From NCBI RefSeq assembly GCF_006345805.1, contig NC_043013.1, positions 40,796,001 through 40,860,000 on the forward strand: a stretch of 64,000 nt of DNA. Reading direction: 5' to 3'. Each line of letters starts with the position of its first letter. Within the stretch, counting starts at the first letter, position 1. The stretch is from Octopus sinensis. Its lineage: Eukaryota. This document shows, piece after piece, positions 1 through 12,503 of this stretch. Under the pieces are notes generated by a model, which saw only the letters and a list, made by a program, of their open reading frames with translations, had not been told where the DNA came from and made no database searches. The position numbers and the translations under genes are program-made.

Positions 1-310
1 ACTTAGTGGTTAGGGGATATTCAGTTCATGATTACAAAGTCCAAAGATCAATTCTTGGCAGTGCATCGTGTTCTTGAGCAAGGTGCTTTATTCCACGTTG
101 CTCCAGTTCATGCAGTTGGCAAAAATGAAGTGTACCTGTAAGTCAAAGGACCAGCCTTGTCACAAAGGTCACACTGAATCTCCCTGAGAACTACATTAAA
201 GGTGCACTCATTTGTGCAGTGCTCAGCTACATGCATGTTAATTTCACAAGCAGGCTGTAATGTTGATCAAAACAGCTGGTACCCTCGTTATCGTAACTGA
301 CAAAGTGCTG
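1..310 (+). mobile_element. tRNA-derived SINE, family C, 5' end clipped by window
   Basis: CTTAGTGGTTAGGG A-box-like start and body (CTTGAGCAAGG...CTCCCTGAGAACTAC...GTAACTGAC) collinear with the fuller copy at 17471-17791. Confidence 0.8.
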
Positions 311-715
311 GCTCAGTTTAATCAAGGAGTTGATAAAATTGACTAACCTCACCACCTGCAGAGAGTTATATAAATGGAATGATATTCTAAAAAATTTTCC
401 TTTAGCCCAGGGACTCATAAGACCAGTTACCCAGTTTCCTTGACTTACAAGTGAGTGAGATTGTAACATTCCCTTGAACACGATGGTGATCCATTGCTGG
501 GTTATTCTTTTATTCTTTTACTTGTTTCAGTCATTTGACTAGCCATGCTGTAGCACTGCCTTTAGTCAAATAAATTGACCCCAGGAGTTATTGTTTATAA
601 ACCTACTTATTCTATAGGTTACTTTTGCCGAACCGCCAAGTTACGGGGATGTAAACGCAACAAGATCAGTTGTTAAGTGATGGAGGGGGTGACAAACACA
701 CACACACAAATACAT

Positions 716-964
<249 letters not shown>

Positions 965-1064
965 NNNNNNNNNNNNNNNNNNNNNNNNNNNNNNNNNNNN
1001 NNNNNNNNNNNNNNNNNNNNNNNNNNNNNNNNNNNNNNNNNNNNNNNNNNNNNNNNNNNNNNNN
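965..1064. other. Assembly gap (100 N)
   Basis: Run of exactly 100 N, typical of an unsized scaffold gap. Confidence 0.99.
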
Positions 1065-1104
<40 letters not shown>

Positions 1105-1628
1105 TCTTACTCTCTTACTCTTACTCTTACTTGTTTCAGTCATTTGACTGCGGCCATGCTGGAGCACCGCCTATAGTCGGGCAAATCGACCCTGGGACTT
1201 ATTCTTTGTAAGCCCAGTACTTATTCTATCGGTCTCTTTTTTGCGAAAATATATATATATATATATAATATATATATATATATATTATATATACATACAT
1301 ACACTATACCTACATACATATATATATATATGATGAGCTTCTTTCAGTTTCTGTCAACCGAATCTACTCACAAGACTTTGGTCAGCCTGATGTTATAGCA
1401 AAAGACACTTGCCAAAGGTGCCATGCAGTGGGACTGAACCTGGAACCAGGTGTTTGGGAAGCAAGCTTCTATCACATACTTGATTGGTACTATATCTTAT
1501 CGACCCTGAAGGGACGAAAGGCAACATTGACTTCAGTGGCATTTGAACTCAGAATGTAAAAACCTGGAAGAAATGTCACAAGGCGTTCTGTCTGATGTGC
1601 TAACGATTCTGCCAGGTAATGGCCTTGA

Positions 1629-1847
1629 CCCTTTAGAATTTAAACCAGCCAGATCTGGCCCAAATATTCAACCGGTTTTATGTTCAAACCAGTCAGTTTG
1701 ACCTCTCACACAGGTTCTACAATGTCATTCTGGAAAGAAAGAATCTCATCATTATAATCTTGTAACAATGAGATAATGATTAATTAATGAGATAAACAAG
1801 GAATAAATAAGGATTACATTTGACAGAGTAATCTGAATGTTAAAGGA
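1629..1847. mobile_element. piggyBac-like MITE
   Basis: TTGA|CCCTTTAGAATT...AATGTTAAAGGA|TTAA termini; collinear in reverse with the interrupted copy at 52089-53124. Confidence 0.6.
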
Positions 1848-3217
1848 TTAAATGGAATCATACTGTCCCTAAAATCATATTGGGTGTGTCTGATGGTGTG
1901 GAATTTAAAGAACCAAATTAGTTTTGGTAGTATTTGTTCCAGTCAATCTGAAACAAAACTGAAAATGCAAACCTAGCATCTGTCACACCATTTCCCCTAT
2001 TTTTGGCAGTCTACAAGAGTTCAAAGAAATGAAGATATGCACAGAACAATTTTTCCGAAACATTATGCAGAAGTGAACATTTTGTAATTGAGAAAGCTCG
2101 TGATTTATCAGCTGCCACCATGGGAACAACAATCACAGATTGGTAACAGCAAGACAAGGTATGATAAACTATTTGGAATAATATAAAGGTATGTTCTTAT
2201 ACTTACATAACCTTGTATGTCTGTGTGTGTGTGTGTGTGAAAATTAAAAAAAAAAAGGAAATAAAAAACTATATTTGGTGAGTCAATACTTTTTTTCTGA
2301 TCAGTAAAATGTCAATAATAGGCGATAGTAAGTGTATTTCTTACAATTGAAGCATGAGAAATAGCCGAGAGCATGAAAAGATAGTTGGCGTCAAAAAAAG
2401 AGCCTACTATGATTGGAAGCATAGAGAATAAAGAGTTCATTGTATTCTGAAAGAAAGCAGTGTCAATGTGTATGTGTTTATGACGGTTTTATTCACAAAC
2501 CCTTGAATCCTGAGACACTGACGACAACAACTAAGTCTAAAATGCAAATGTATTTTTGTATGAATTACGATATTTGTATTACAAAATGAGTCATGAGAAA
2601 AACTGTAGTTATTACAAAACATTTACCCAGTTAAATAACAGTTGTTCAACTTGCTTTTTGGAATTCCTGTAAGGACAATAATAACAACAAAAATATCTAG
2701 ATTTTTAAACATAAATTTATAAAATTAATGCTATTTATAGTACAGGCCCAAAGCCTTGAATTAGGGGAAGGAAAGTAGTTTACATTGATAATATTGGCCC
2801 CATTGTTTGACTGCTGTTATATATTACTGACCTTGAAAAGCTACACAAAGTTGAACTTGTGCAGGATTTGGACTAAAACACAGATCTAATCTATACAGGG
2901 CTTTGTCACTCTTGAAGGAGGAACCCCTCCCTGGACTCCTTCTACTGGTCTATCTCTGGCCAGTTGTGGCCATCTAGGCCTCAGGTAGCAGGTGAGATCA
3001 CTTTGCTTTCTTGTCTTTGGTTGATCTCTTGATCTTGTCTATTGTCTTTGTGACCATTCTGTCAAAATAACATTCATTTCTAACACAAGTACATCATCAT
3101 CATCGTTTAACGGCCGTTTTCCGCGCTAGCACGGGTTGGACAGTCTGATCTGGCAGTGTTTCCACAGATGGATGCCCTTCCTAACTCCAACCACTCCGCG
3201 AGTGTAGAAAACATGCG

Positions 3218-3260
3218 TTCCCATGCCAGGAATCGAACCCGGGCCGCCTTGGTGAAATAC
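3218..3260 (-). pseudogene. 3' half of tRNA-Glu(TTC)
   Basis: Minus strand TTTCACCAAGGCGGCCCGGGTTCGATTCCTGGCATGGGAA matches eukaryotic tRNA-Glu anticodon-to-acceptor half (TTTCACCCAGGCGGCCCGGGTTCGACTCCCGGTGTGGGAA); 5' half absent. Confidence 0.7.
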
Positions 3261-3289
3261 ACAGTTAGAAATTTTGGCAGATGGGGAGA

Positions 3290-3960
3290 AGTTAATTCAG
3301 CTCATCAACAAGATTATCATCATCATCATTACCATCATCATCAACATCCATTTTTTTTTTTTCATGCTGGCATGGGTTGAATGGTTTGACAGGATCTGAT
3401 GAGCTCCAAAATTCCAGGCCTTGTGTCTATAGTAGAAATCCTCCTCCTCCTTACTATTATTTGTTAGCATGCTGGGCGAAATGCTTAATGGCATTTTGTC
3501 CATCTTCACATACTGAGTCCAAATTCTGCCATGGTTGTTCTTTGCCTTTCATCTTTTCAGGGTAAATAAATTAAGTACCAGTGAAACACTGGGATCAATG
3601 TAATTGACTAGACCCCTTCCACCAAATTTCAGGCCTTGTGCCTATAGTAGAAAGGATTATTATTATTATTATTATTATTATTAAGAAGGCAAACGGGCAG
3701 ATTTATTGGTGTGTTGGACAAAATGTTTAGTGGTATTTCATTTGTCTTGTTTCACTAACCCCAAGAGACTGAAAGGCTAGGGTGAACTCAGAATGTAAAG
3801 TCCATTTGAACATTGGGGTTGACGTAATTGACTAACTTCCTTCCCCAAAATTTCAGGCCTTGTGCCTATAGTAGAAATGATTATTATTATTATTACCATT
3901 ATTATTATTAAGGTGGTGAGCAAAATGCTTATTGACATTTCTTCCACCTCTTTACATTTT
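3290..3960 (+). mobile_element. Head-to-tail cluster of SINE family B pieces joined by (ATT)n
   Basis: Repeated AAATGCTTAG..TTCTGAGTTCAAATT..GTACCAGT..AAATTTCAGGCCTTGTGCCTATAGTAGAAA + ATTATT tail. Confidence 0.75.
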
Positions 3961-3984
3961 GAGTTCAAACTCCACTGAAGTTTG

Positions 3985-4417
3985 TACACTAGGCACATGC
4001 ATCACAACCATATGTACACAACATGGTGATCTCATATCAAGATAAACAGCACATGACCTTGCAGGTGGGGGCTCAGTTAGAATTTTCTTCAGGTCAAGTA
4101 ACCCATCCTGCTCAAAAGGCCGTTGAGGGTTGTTTAAGGATGTTGAATTATCCAAACCCCAAAGAATTCCTCTCAACACATGGCTATGATGCTCCCCCAC
4201 TACTTCTGCTTGTGATCAGAGATGCACATATCATCAGCCACTAAGGGACATGCTCAACTGGTTAAAGTCAAACAACGGATAAGCATATTTGTGGTATTGA
4301 GCAGAATATTTGCTGTAGCCCATCTTTTATACTAAGACAAAACAATATACATGATAACAATTCCTATCAGTTAAGCTCAGAAGCCACAAGAGCCACTGAC
4401 TGGTACTGCATCAGGGC

Positions 4418-4450
<33 letters not shown>
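3985..4450 (+). mobile_element. Interspersed retroelement 3' end with (ATT)n tail, class unresolved
   Basis: Non-microsatellite body ending CATCAGGGCATTT(ATT)n; recognised as a common octopus-type repeat, no diagnostic domain. Confidence 0.4.
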
Positions 4451-4453
<3 letters not shown>

Positions 4454-4743
4454 TTCATGCCTTTACTACAATACGGAATGCATCTCAGTGTTCCTTAAAT
4501 ACAAGCAGAGTTTTTTTTCTTTTCTATATTTATTTTCAGTTCTATCAAGCGTACTCTACATACCTGAGCAGTGGTTAATAATAGAGCTATTTTTGTATGT
4601 TATGCATATTTGTAAATCCTGGAGTTCTAACTATTTATTTGTCCCCATGTTTATTAATCACCCGCAAAGCACTTATAATTACAAGTATTGATTCACATCA
4701 TCTCTATTTTTAGGTCATTATATCTCTCCTATATTCCTATTTC

Positions 4744-5130
4744 TGCAAGATGACTGTGTAGTAAGTAGCTTGCTTATCAACCACATGGTTCCAGGTTCAG
4801 TCCCAGTGTGTGGCACCTTAGGCAAATGTCTTCTACCATAGCATCAGGCTAACCAAAGCCTTGAGTGGATTTGGTAGACAGAAATTGAAAGAAGCCCATA
4901 TATATACACACACACACACATACATATGTGTGTGTCTGTGTTTGTCCCCCCACCATCACTTGACAACTGATGTTGGTGTGTTTACGTCCCCATAACTTAG
5001 CAGTTCAGCAAAAGAGACTGATAGGATAAGTATTAGGCTTACAAAGTATAAGTCCTGGGATCGATTTGTTCGACTAAAAGCGGTACTCCAGCATGGTCAC
5101 AGTCAAGTGACTGAAACAAATAAAAGAATA
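4744..5130 (+). mobile_element. SINE family A, full length
   Basis: A box-like TGACTGTGTAG, B box GGTTCAGTCC, internal (CA)/(TG), tail ACTGAAACAAATAAAAGA. Confidence 0.85.
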
Positions 5131-5564
5131 GATCAATATGTGTTTGTCTATTTGGATTGATATGCCAATTAGGTGGTCATTGTTTTAATCTTTGGTGATC
5201 TTTGATAACAAAATCTGGTCAATTTAGTCTTGATCTCCCATTCTGAGTGTATTAATATATTCCAGTGTATGGTTATTGCCTTATTATCAAGAAACCTTTA
5301 TAGAGTATGCCTGTACCATTTTTTTTTTCTTTTCTATTAGCATTTCATAAAGCTGGCATAATTTGTTACTAAGGTGGGGAACAGATAGAATATGTAACAA
5401 GTTGGTGGTATTTCTTCCAACTCTTTGCATTCAAAGTTCAAATCTTGCCAAAGTCAACTTTTCATTTCATCCTTTAAGGGTCAATGAAATAGAGTACAAG
5501 TCAAGTACTGGGGTTGATGTTATGAACTATCACCCTTACCCTAAAAAATTGTGGAGGGAAAGTG

Positions 5565-6255
5565 TGACGATGTTCTCGGGGAAACTCTGGGCATCGATGA
5601 AGATCAGCTAACTGGTCTGTTTCAGAGAACTTGCATGCCTGGCCCTATGGACAACCTCCAGAAATCCCTTGCCTGGCAGTGCTACTGAGGGGCGCTGCCT
5701 GTATGAGATAAACTTTACAGGCATGGAAGTGCCTTCAGCTGGGCCTGCCCGAGGTGTGCCCAGAATGATGAAACTGTTCTGCACACCCTAGTCCAGTTCC
5801 TGAGTATTGCTGTCCTGTGGGTTTATGTCGAACACCTGCTGTCACGTGCAGGACAAATCTGGCTATCAGCTGAATCCATTGCGAAGATTGCCCTGCCACC
5901 CACTTTTGGCCAGGGGTAAGGCAATTTTTATTTGTCTAGTGGCTGTATCCAAAGAGATAGAATGGCCAGTGTGAAAGACCAATTCTGAGCATGCACCTGT
6001 AAACAAGAGGAGAAGGGTTCTTGCCCTGTTGTTCAGGCACCCATGACTTTTGTGGGTTTTTTCACGGGGTCTTTAATGCACCTCCCCTATTGGGAGTTTT
6101 AAATTGTTTAATTTAAATTGTTATATTGTTTACACATAAAACCCATTGTATCGTCCTGTTTTTGTCTTTTATGTTGTGTGTGTTTTAATGTAATTTTATG
6201 TAAGCCCTTGTTGCCAATAAACGAATTAATTATTATCATTATTATTATTATTATT
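5565..6255 (+). mobile_element. Decayed L1/Tx1-like LINE ORF2 C-terminus and 3' UTR
   Basis: Frame reads DNLQKSLAWQCY*GALPV*DKLYRHG..ACPRCAQNDETVLHTLVQF, a zf-RVT-like C-x2-C-x7-H knuckle; stops are CGA>TGA-like; ends AATAAA + (ATT)n. Confidence 0.7.
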
Positions 6256-6334
6256 ATTATTTTATTTATGCACAACAGATTAAAGTCCTAACATCAGGCT
6301 ACAAGTAACCTATTATTACAGGGTGGAGAAGGAA

Positions 6335-6612
6335 GTGCTCTCCTGGAGTGAATTTATTGAAAGGTGGGTGAAAGTTGCAACAATGGCAAGAGTGGATGGT
6401 ACCTCTCTGAGTGTAGACCTGTGAGTCACAGAAAGTGAACTGGAGAGGGCACTTACCCTTGGTGTTCAAGGAGATCTCAGACAGTGAGGTTCCTTGATTA
6501 TCCCGAGAGGTCATCTTGAAACAGAAGGTCTCTATCTCTATCACATGACCCTTTTTTTTTTGGTAACCTTTGTATTATATACCTTGCATACTTACTCTTT
6601 TTATTATCATTG

Positions 6613-6647
<35 letters not shown>

Positions 6648-6750
6648 TATTTATTTATCATTTCATTATATGTAAACCCCAACACTGTATGTCTGCTTTG
6701 TATTGTCCCCTTCATCCTTCACCCTGGTGGCAAATAAACGAAATCCTTAT
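6335..6750 (+). mobile_element. Second L1/Tx1-like 3' end
   Basis: RVEKEVLSWSEFIERWVKVATMARVDG* followed by T-rich UTR and AATAAA; clade assignment by recall of similar C-termini. Confidence 0.5.
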
Positions 6751-7343
6751 TATTTATGTTATTGCTTTGTTTAATACAAGCTGTTCAAGGTCTCAGCCTG
6801 AAGTAAGCAAGTTGGAATGTTTTATTATGGGACGTTATTCATGATTAACAGGAAGGAGACCAAAACCTGAGAAGTAAATTTGTAATACTTCAGTTTTGAA
6901 AGAATTTTACGTGAATCGGGTATTTTGAAGTCAACACAATGTTTTTCTTAGGAAGTGGGCAGCATTCATGAGAAGAAATTTTTGTATTTCTGACACTTTG
7001 GGTGTCCTGGCATTCGGCCGTTATGTTGAAGAGCACCATTTGGTATTGTCCCCAAAGCTCCAAAGATCAAAGGTCAGTTGTTTTTGTTGTTGTTGTTCTT
7101 ATTGTTATGGGTAGTGGATTAGCAAAGTGGGTAGAGCACTGGATCAAATGCCTTGCAACATTTGTTCCAGCTCTTTATTTGCTTATTTCAAATTTTGCTA
7201 AGTTCAACTTTGTCTTTTGTCTGATCCCTTTATTTTTATGGGATCAACAGAATAAAGTACCCAAGTCAGTTTGTGAAGCAGTTTTAATTAACTCACTCCT
7301 TCCACCCAAATTTGTTGTATATTATCATTACTTTTATTATCAT

Positions 7344-7495
7344 TCGGAGTGGTTGGTGTAAGGAAGAGCATCCAGCTGTAGAAACTCTGCCAAATCAAGA
7401 TTGGAGCCTGGTGCAGCCATCTGGTTTGCCAGTCCTCAGTCAAATCGTCCAACCCATGCTAGCATGGAAAGCAGACATTAAATGATGATGATTAC
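7344..7495 (+). mobile_element. RTE-3'UTR-derived short repeat (family E)
   Basis: GGAGTGGTTGG..AGGAAGAGCATCCAGCTGTAGAAAC..CCAACCCATGCTAGCATGGAAA..(TGA)n, as in the RTE tail at 58250-58410. Confidence 0.8.
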
Positions 7496-7549
7496 TATTA
7501 ATGTGGCAAGCTGGCCTTGTGCTGAAACTTGAAACCATTATTATTATGA

Positions 7550-7990
7550 TTAAGGTGACGAGCTACTGAATCATTAGTTAGCACACCAAACAAAACACTT
7601 AGCAGCATTTCATCTGTCTTTACGTTCTGAGTTCAAATTCTGGCAAGGTCGAATTTGACTTTCATCCTTTTGGGGTCGATAAGTTAAATACCAGTGAAAC
7701 ACTAGTAATTAACTAGTCCCCTCACCCATAAATTCAGGCCTTGTGCCTATAGTTGAAAAGATTATTATTATTATTATTATTATTATTAAGGCAGCAAGCT
7801 GGTAGAATTGTTAGCATGCCAGGCAAATGCTTAGTGGAATTTCTGTCTGTCTTAATGTTCTGAGTTCAAATTCCAACAAGTTTGCCTTTGATCCTTTCAG
7901 GATGTGGGGTTGATGTAGTCAACTAGTCCCCTCCCCATGAAAAATTCAGGCCTTGTGCCTTTAGTAAAAAGGATTATTATTATTGTCATC
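7550..7990 (+). mobile_element. Two tandem SINE family B copies
   Basis: Same motifs as 3290-3960, second copy starts in the (ATT)n tail of the first (~7790). Confidence 0.75.
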
Positions 7991-8812
7991 ATCAAAGGTC
8001 CGATGCATGTTTCTACTTCCATCACTAGGTACACCTGCATGTTTACGAAGTATGCACAGTATTGTCTTTTTCAGGATAGACTATTGTGTGTAGAACATCT
8101 GCTTTACTTTTGTGTCGTGTTTGTTCATCGCTTCAAATACGTGACATGTGAGTCATATTACATTACTGGGCGATAAGAGGAACCATAATAGTATTAGATA
8201 TTTTACAGTCGGGTGGTGATTGTGTGTATGTGTGTGTGTGCGTGCATGCAAAGATTAGCTCTTATCAACTGCAGGTGTCCACTATCTGATGAAGTACCAG
8301 GTAAGTGTCTATGCAATCACTTATCCCGCAAAGAAATTGCTACTTGAAATGACAAAATAATGTCATAAAGCAGGAAGGACACACTGGACAATGTAATTCT
8401 TGATATCCAATGTACAAACAGATGGAATGGTCAAGGCTGGAATAGTTTTCTTTGATCATAGGCCTGCTTGGTCCAGAAGGGCAAGGATTGAGCAAACGAC
8501 GACAACGACAACAACAACAATAGCAGTGGCAACAAAAACATGATGATGATGCTAATAGTTGACATTTTGACTTAATAAGAAATACAACAAATATGCAAGT
8601 CACTTCCTGATAGAAACGCAAAAATAATCCCAACCCAGTCTGAACTGAAAAATTACTCATTAGTCTAAAAACTGAAACCAATGAACTGAGACCAACAGAA
8701 CAGAGTCGAGATATTTCTAATGGTAGAGTCTCAGACGACATACCATACATTATTTAGGCGCTCCTCTTTCAACCCTTCTGTTATAATATTTCAGTTGAAG
8801 TATACTGCCATT

Positions 8813-9198
8813 ACTCTCTTTTACTTGTTTCAGTCATTTGACTGTGGCCATGCTGGAGCACCACCTTTAGTCGAGCAAATCGACCCCAGGACTTATTCTT
8901 TGTAAGCCTAGTACTTATTCTATTGGTATCTTTTGCCGAACCGCTAAGTTACGGGGACGTAAACACACCAGCATCGGTTGTCAAGTGATGGTTGGGGGGA
9001 CAAACACAGTCACACAAACATATACACACATATATACATATATATGACGGGCTTCTTTCAGTTTCCGTCTACCAAATCCACTCACAAGGCTTTGGTCGGT
9101 CCGAGGCTATAGTAGAAAACAGTTGCTCAAGGTGCCACGCAGTGGGACTGAACCTGGAACCATGTTGTTGGTAAACAAGCTACTTACCACATAGCCAC
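8813..9198 (-). mobile_element. SINE family A, full length
   Basis: Reverse complement of 4744-5130 and 54924-55320 type. Confidence 0.9.
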
Positions 9199-9356
9199 AT
9201 TACTTTAGAAAATAATAAGAGATTTAGTGAAATCACTTTGTCATTGAGCTGGTGTTTGAAAAATAAATTAACAGGAAATCTTGATGGAAGGTTTTAATTT
9301 AAATCACTTCAAAACACTAGTTTCAGGCAAGTTGCCATCAAAAGAGTTAAGTCATC

Positions 9357-9628
9357 CATTGGCCCAGGAATAGGGGGTTGCAAGTGCACCGCCTAAAATT
9401 TTTGGGCAGTGTAAAATTAAAATTTGCACTCCTAATCACTTTTCCCAGGTTTAGAAAACAGAAGTTCAAGCTACTTTTTATAGATCACTTTCCACTCAAA
9501 GTTTTTTCTTAAAGAACAAAAAACGAAAATTAATTAAAAAAAAAAAAGGGGGAGAATAAGACCTTTTTTGTAAAATGTTTTGGATCTGGGTTTGCACTCC
9601 CTAAGTAAATTCTGTTCCCGAGCCATTG
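9357..9628. mobile_element. hAT-type MITE
   Basis: Imperfect TIR CATTGGCCCAGGAATA / TGTTCCCGAGCCATTG; exact 8-bp TSD AAGTCATC (9349-9356, 9629-9636). Confidence 0.85.
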
Positions 9629-10089
9629 AAGTCATCCATGTTATGTTCATTCAATAACCTCAGCTTTGTCCAGCCTCCATATTAGCCCCATTTTCTCCAG
9701 TCCTTCTTCCCCCAAATGTCAGCCATCTGGAAATCTTCCCCTGTCCATGTTCTTCCCTGTATTTTTTAACTTGAAGAATTTTTCAAGAATATTATTATCT
9801 ACACTGGTCACATGGAAACCTCAGTAGCCCTGCAAAAGCCAGGGTTCACGGTCTCTTACTGTAGACCAAACTATCACCTACCAAAACACTTTTGCATTTC
9901 ATAAAAAAAACACAAGTTATATGTATGTGTGTGTGTGTGGTTGGTGTTTGTGTGTGTGCATATGGTAAGATTCAAGTTGAATGGGATTTGACAATAAATT
10001 TGACTCTATTGAGTCATCCCTTCAGTAAACATTCTTTTGTTATTCTTTAATCTCATTCCCCACTCTTTCTCACTCTCTCACACATACAA

Positions 10090-10149
<60 letters not shown>

Positions 10150-10151
<2 letters not shown>

Positions 10152-10385
10152 GGCAGAATTGTTAGCATACTGGATGAAATGCTTAGTGGTATTTCACCTG
10201 TTGCTACATTCTGAGTTCGAATTCTGTTGAGGTCGACTTTGCCTTTTATCCTTTTGGGGTCGATAAATTAAGTATCAGTTGCATACTGAGGTCGATCTAA
10301 TCGATTGGTCCCCTCCCAAGAAATTTCAAGCCTTGTGCCTATAGTAGAAAGGAGTATTATCATTATTGTTGTTGTTGTTATTGCT
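10150..10385 (+). mobile_element. SINE family B
   Basis: GGCAGAATTGTTAGCA..TTCTGAGTTCGAATT..GAGGTCGACTTTGCC..CCTTGTGCCTATAGTAGAAA. Confidence 0.8.
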
Positions 10386-10718
10386 AAGATCTATGTAAGA
10401 CATCTAACCTCCTTGTTGTGTCTCTATCTTGAACATATTTGTGTCCCGTTTTGTTGTAGAACCAGCCATGATCACAATGAGCCGGTTTTTTTCTTTGTTT
10501 CTTGTCCCATTGGAGCTTATATAAATTTATGAAAAATATCTTTTCCATAGGAAAATTTCAAAACAACAAATATAATAAAATAGCAGCCAATTTACCAGCT
10601 GACCAGGATAGTGAGACCGAGAATGGTCAGTGAGGTGAGACAAATTTGCCACTTTCACACAGAATGGTAACCCTCTTCTTGCAGTTGCTAATGCAACAGC
10701 CACTACTACTGTCAGCGT

Positions 10719-11109
10719 GGCACTCCGTTGGTTATGATGATGAGGAGGATTCCGGTTGATCTGATCAATAGAACAACCTGCTCATGAAATAAACGTGCAA
10801 GTGGCTGAGCACTCCACAGACACGTGTACCCCTAATGTAGCACTCAGGGAGATTCAGCGTGACATAGAGTGTGACAAGGCTGGACCCTTTGAAATACAGA
10901 TATAACAGAAACAGGAAGAAAGAGTGAGAGGAAGTTGTGGTAGAAGAGTACAGCAGAGTTCGCCACCCTCCACCCCACCCCCTGCTGGAGCCTCATAGAG
11001 CTTTAGGTGTTTTCGCTCAATAAACACTCACAATGCTCAGTCTGGGAATTGAAACCGTGATCCTACAACAGCAAGTCTGCTGCCCTAACCACTGGGCCAT
11101 TGTGCCTCC
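10719..11109 (-). mobile_element. SINE with family D head and family C tail
   Basis: Reverse complement of the 25272-25645 copy. Confidence 0.8.
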
Positions 11110-11627
11110 ACTACTGTCATAGTCATGACTGAAAGGGTCATTTACAACAACAGGAAGGATGAGAAAAGATGAATTATTAACAAGGTGATGAGTACGGGAA
11201 ACTACTCTCAATAGTTGACCAATTCTAGCACCACCAAACTATACCATCAGTACCAACATCATTTCCACTGCAGTGGACAGCAACAATAACAGACCACTGT
11301 GGGGTGATTGTTAAGATTATCCCAAAGAATGGTTAGAACTCACCACCCTGGAAAAAAAAAAAAAAAAAAGAAGCCAAGAGTAGCCAAGTGATTTGTGCAA
11401 AAGGAATGAAAGAATATTGCCTTAGCCACTTCTAAGATGTTTTGGAAAACTGCAGAGAAATACATAGAGACATACAGATGTATAGGTACTACAAGTTGGC
11501 ATGTAGAAATGTCAGCACACATACATGGTGGTGGTGGTGATGTTGTAGTTTGTACTTAGTGTTGCTGATATGACTGTTGCCATTCCTCTCATTGCTGTTG
11601 TTGGTGATTTTGTTGCATTGACATTAA

Positions 11628-11848
11628 CCCTTTCATTACCAAGCCAACTGAAACCGGCTCTGGCTCTGTAGTACAAATGTTTCGTTTTCATACGTTTTGA
11701 ATTAAAATCTCCCACCAAACTTTAGTCACAATTTATATTCCTAACACTATCTGAATGATAACCAAATTATTTTACTAAATTCTTTGTTATATTTAAAGTA
11801 ATTGAAAAAAACACAGATCATCTCAAAATAAATACAGTAATGAAAAGG
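11628..11848. mobile_element. piggyBac-like MITE
   Basis: TTAA|CCCTTTCATTAC...GTAATGAAAAGG|TTAA. Confidence 0.8.
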
Positions 11849-12085
11849 TTAATGGGTGAGGCCTCCCTGTTTTCTTCTCTGCTGTGGGCAGAAATCCCAT
11901 GATCAAAAGCTATTTTAGTAATGTGTCCCATCAGTGTGGTTATGAAGTTCACATTGCAACCACGTGGTTTCAGGTTCAAGCACACTGCACAGCACTTTGA
12001 GCAAGTGTTTTTAGTATAGTCTCTAGGTTGACTAAAGACCTGTGACTGAATTTAATTGATGGAAATTGTACAGAAGTCAGTTATA

Positions 12086-12293
12086 TGAGGGAATGCTAAA
12101 ACGTTCCTAGCTTTAAGGGTATCACAAAAGGCCTAGTTGGAGGCCCAAACTTTTACAGGGTTTAGAAAAACTGAAAGATTGCTGCAAAAAAGTACGTGAG
12201 TCTGAGAGGGGAAAGTGTTGAATAAAATCATAATTAACTGATCCTCCTGTATTTTCTTTTATCCAAAGCCAAGAACTTTTCAGCACCCCCACG
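12086..12293 (+). mobile_element. ~200-bp mariner-derived MITE (copy 1 of 4)
   Basis: TIR-like GAGGG..GCTAAAACGTTCC / AAGAACTTTTCAGCACCCCC; interior resembles transposase C-terminus (GLEKLKDCCKK..LRG..VE*). Confidence 0.7.
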
Positions 12294-12300
12294 TATACAT

Positions 12301-12334
<34 letters not shown>

Positions 12335-12503
12335 AATATATATATATACTATTGAACCTTGGGAGGGGCATTATGCTGGTAGTAATAAACACACGCACTG
12401 GTGCCTCTCCCAAAGTTCAATAGTTTTTCTTTCAGCACAAAAATTCACATCAAGAATCTTGCAAACCAAATACAAATACGAACTATATAAATATAAGTAA
12501 ATG

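Noticed and set aside
8340-8750. Cys-rich 136-aa minus-strand ORF
   Set aside because: Cys run derives from a (CAA)/(CGA) tail of an interspersed repeat resembling 19000-19180; no splice or homology support
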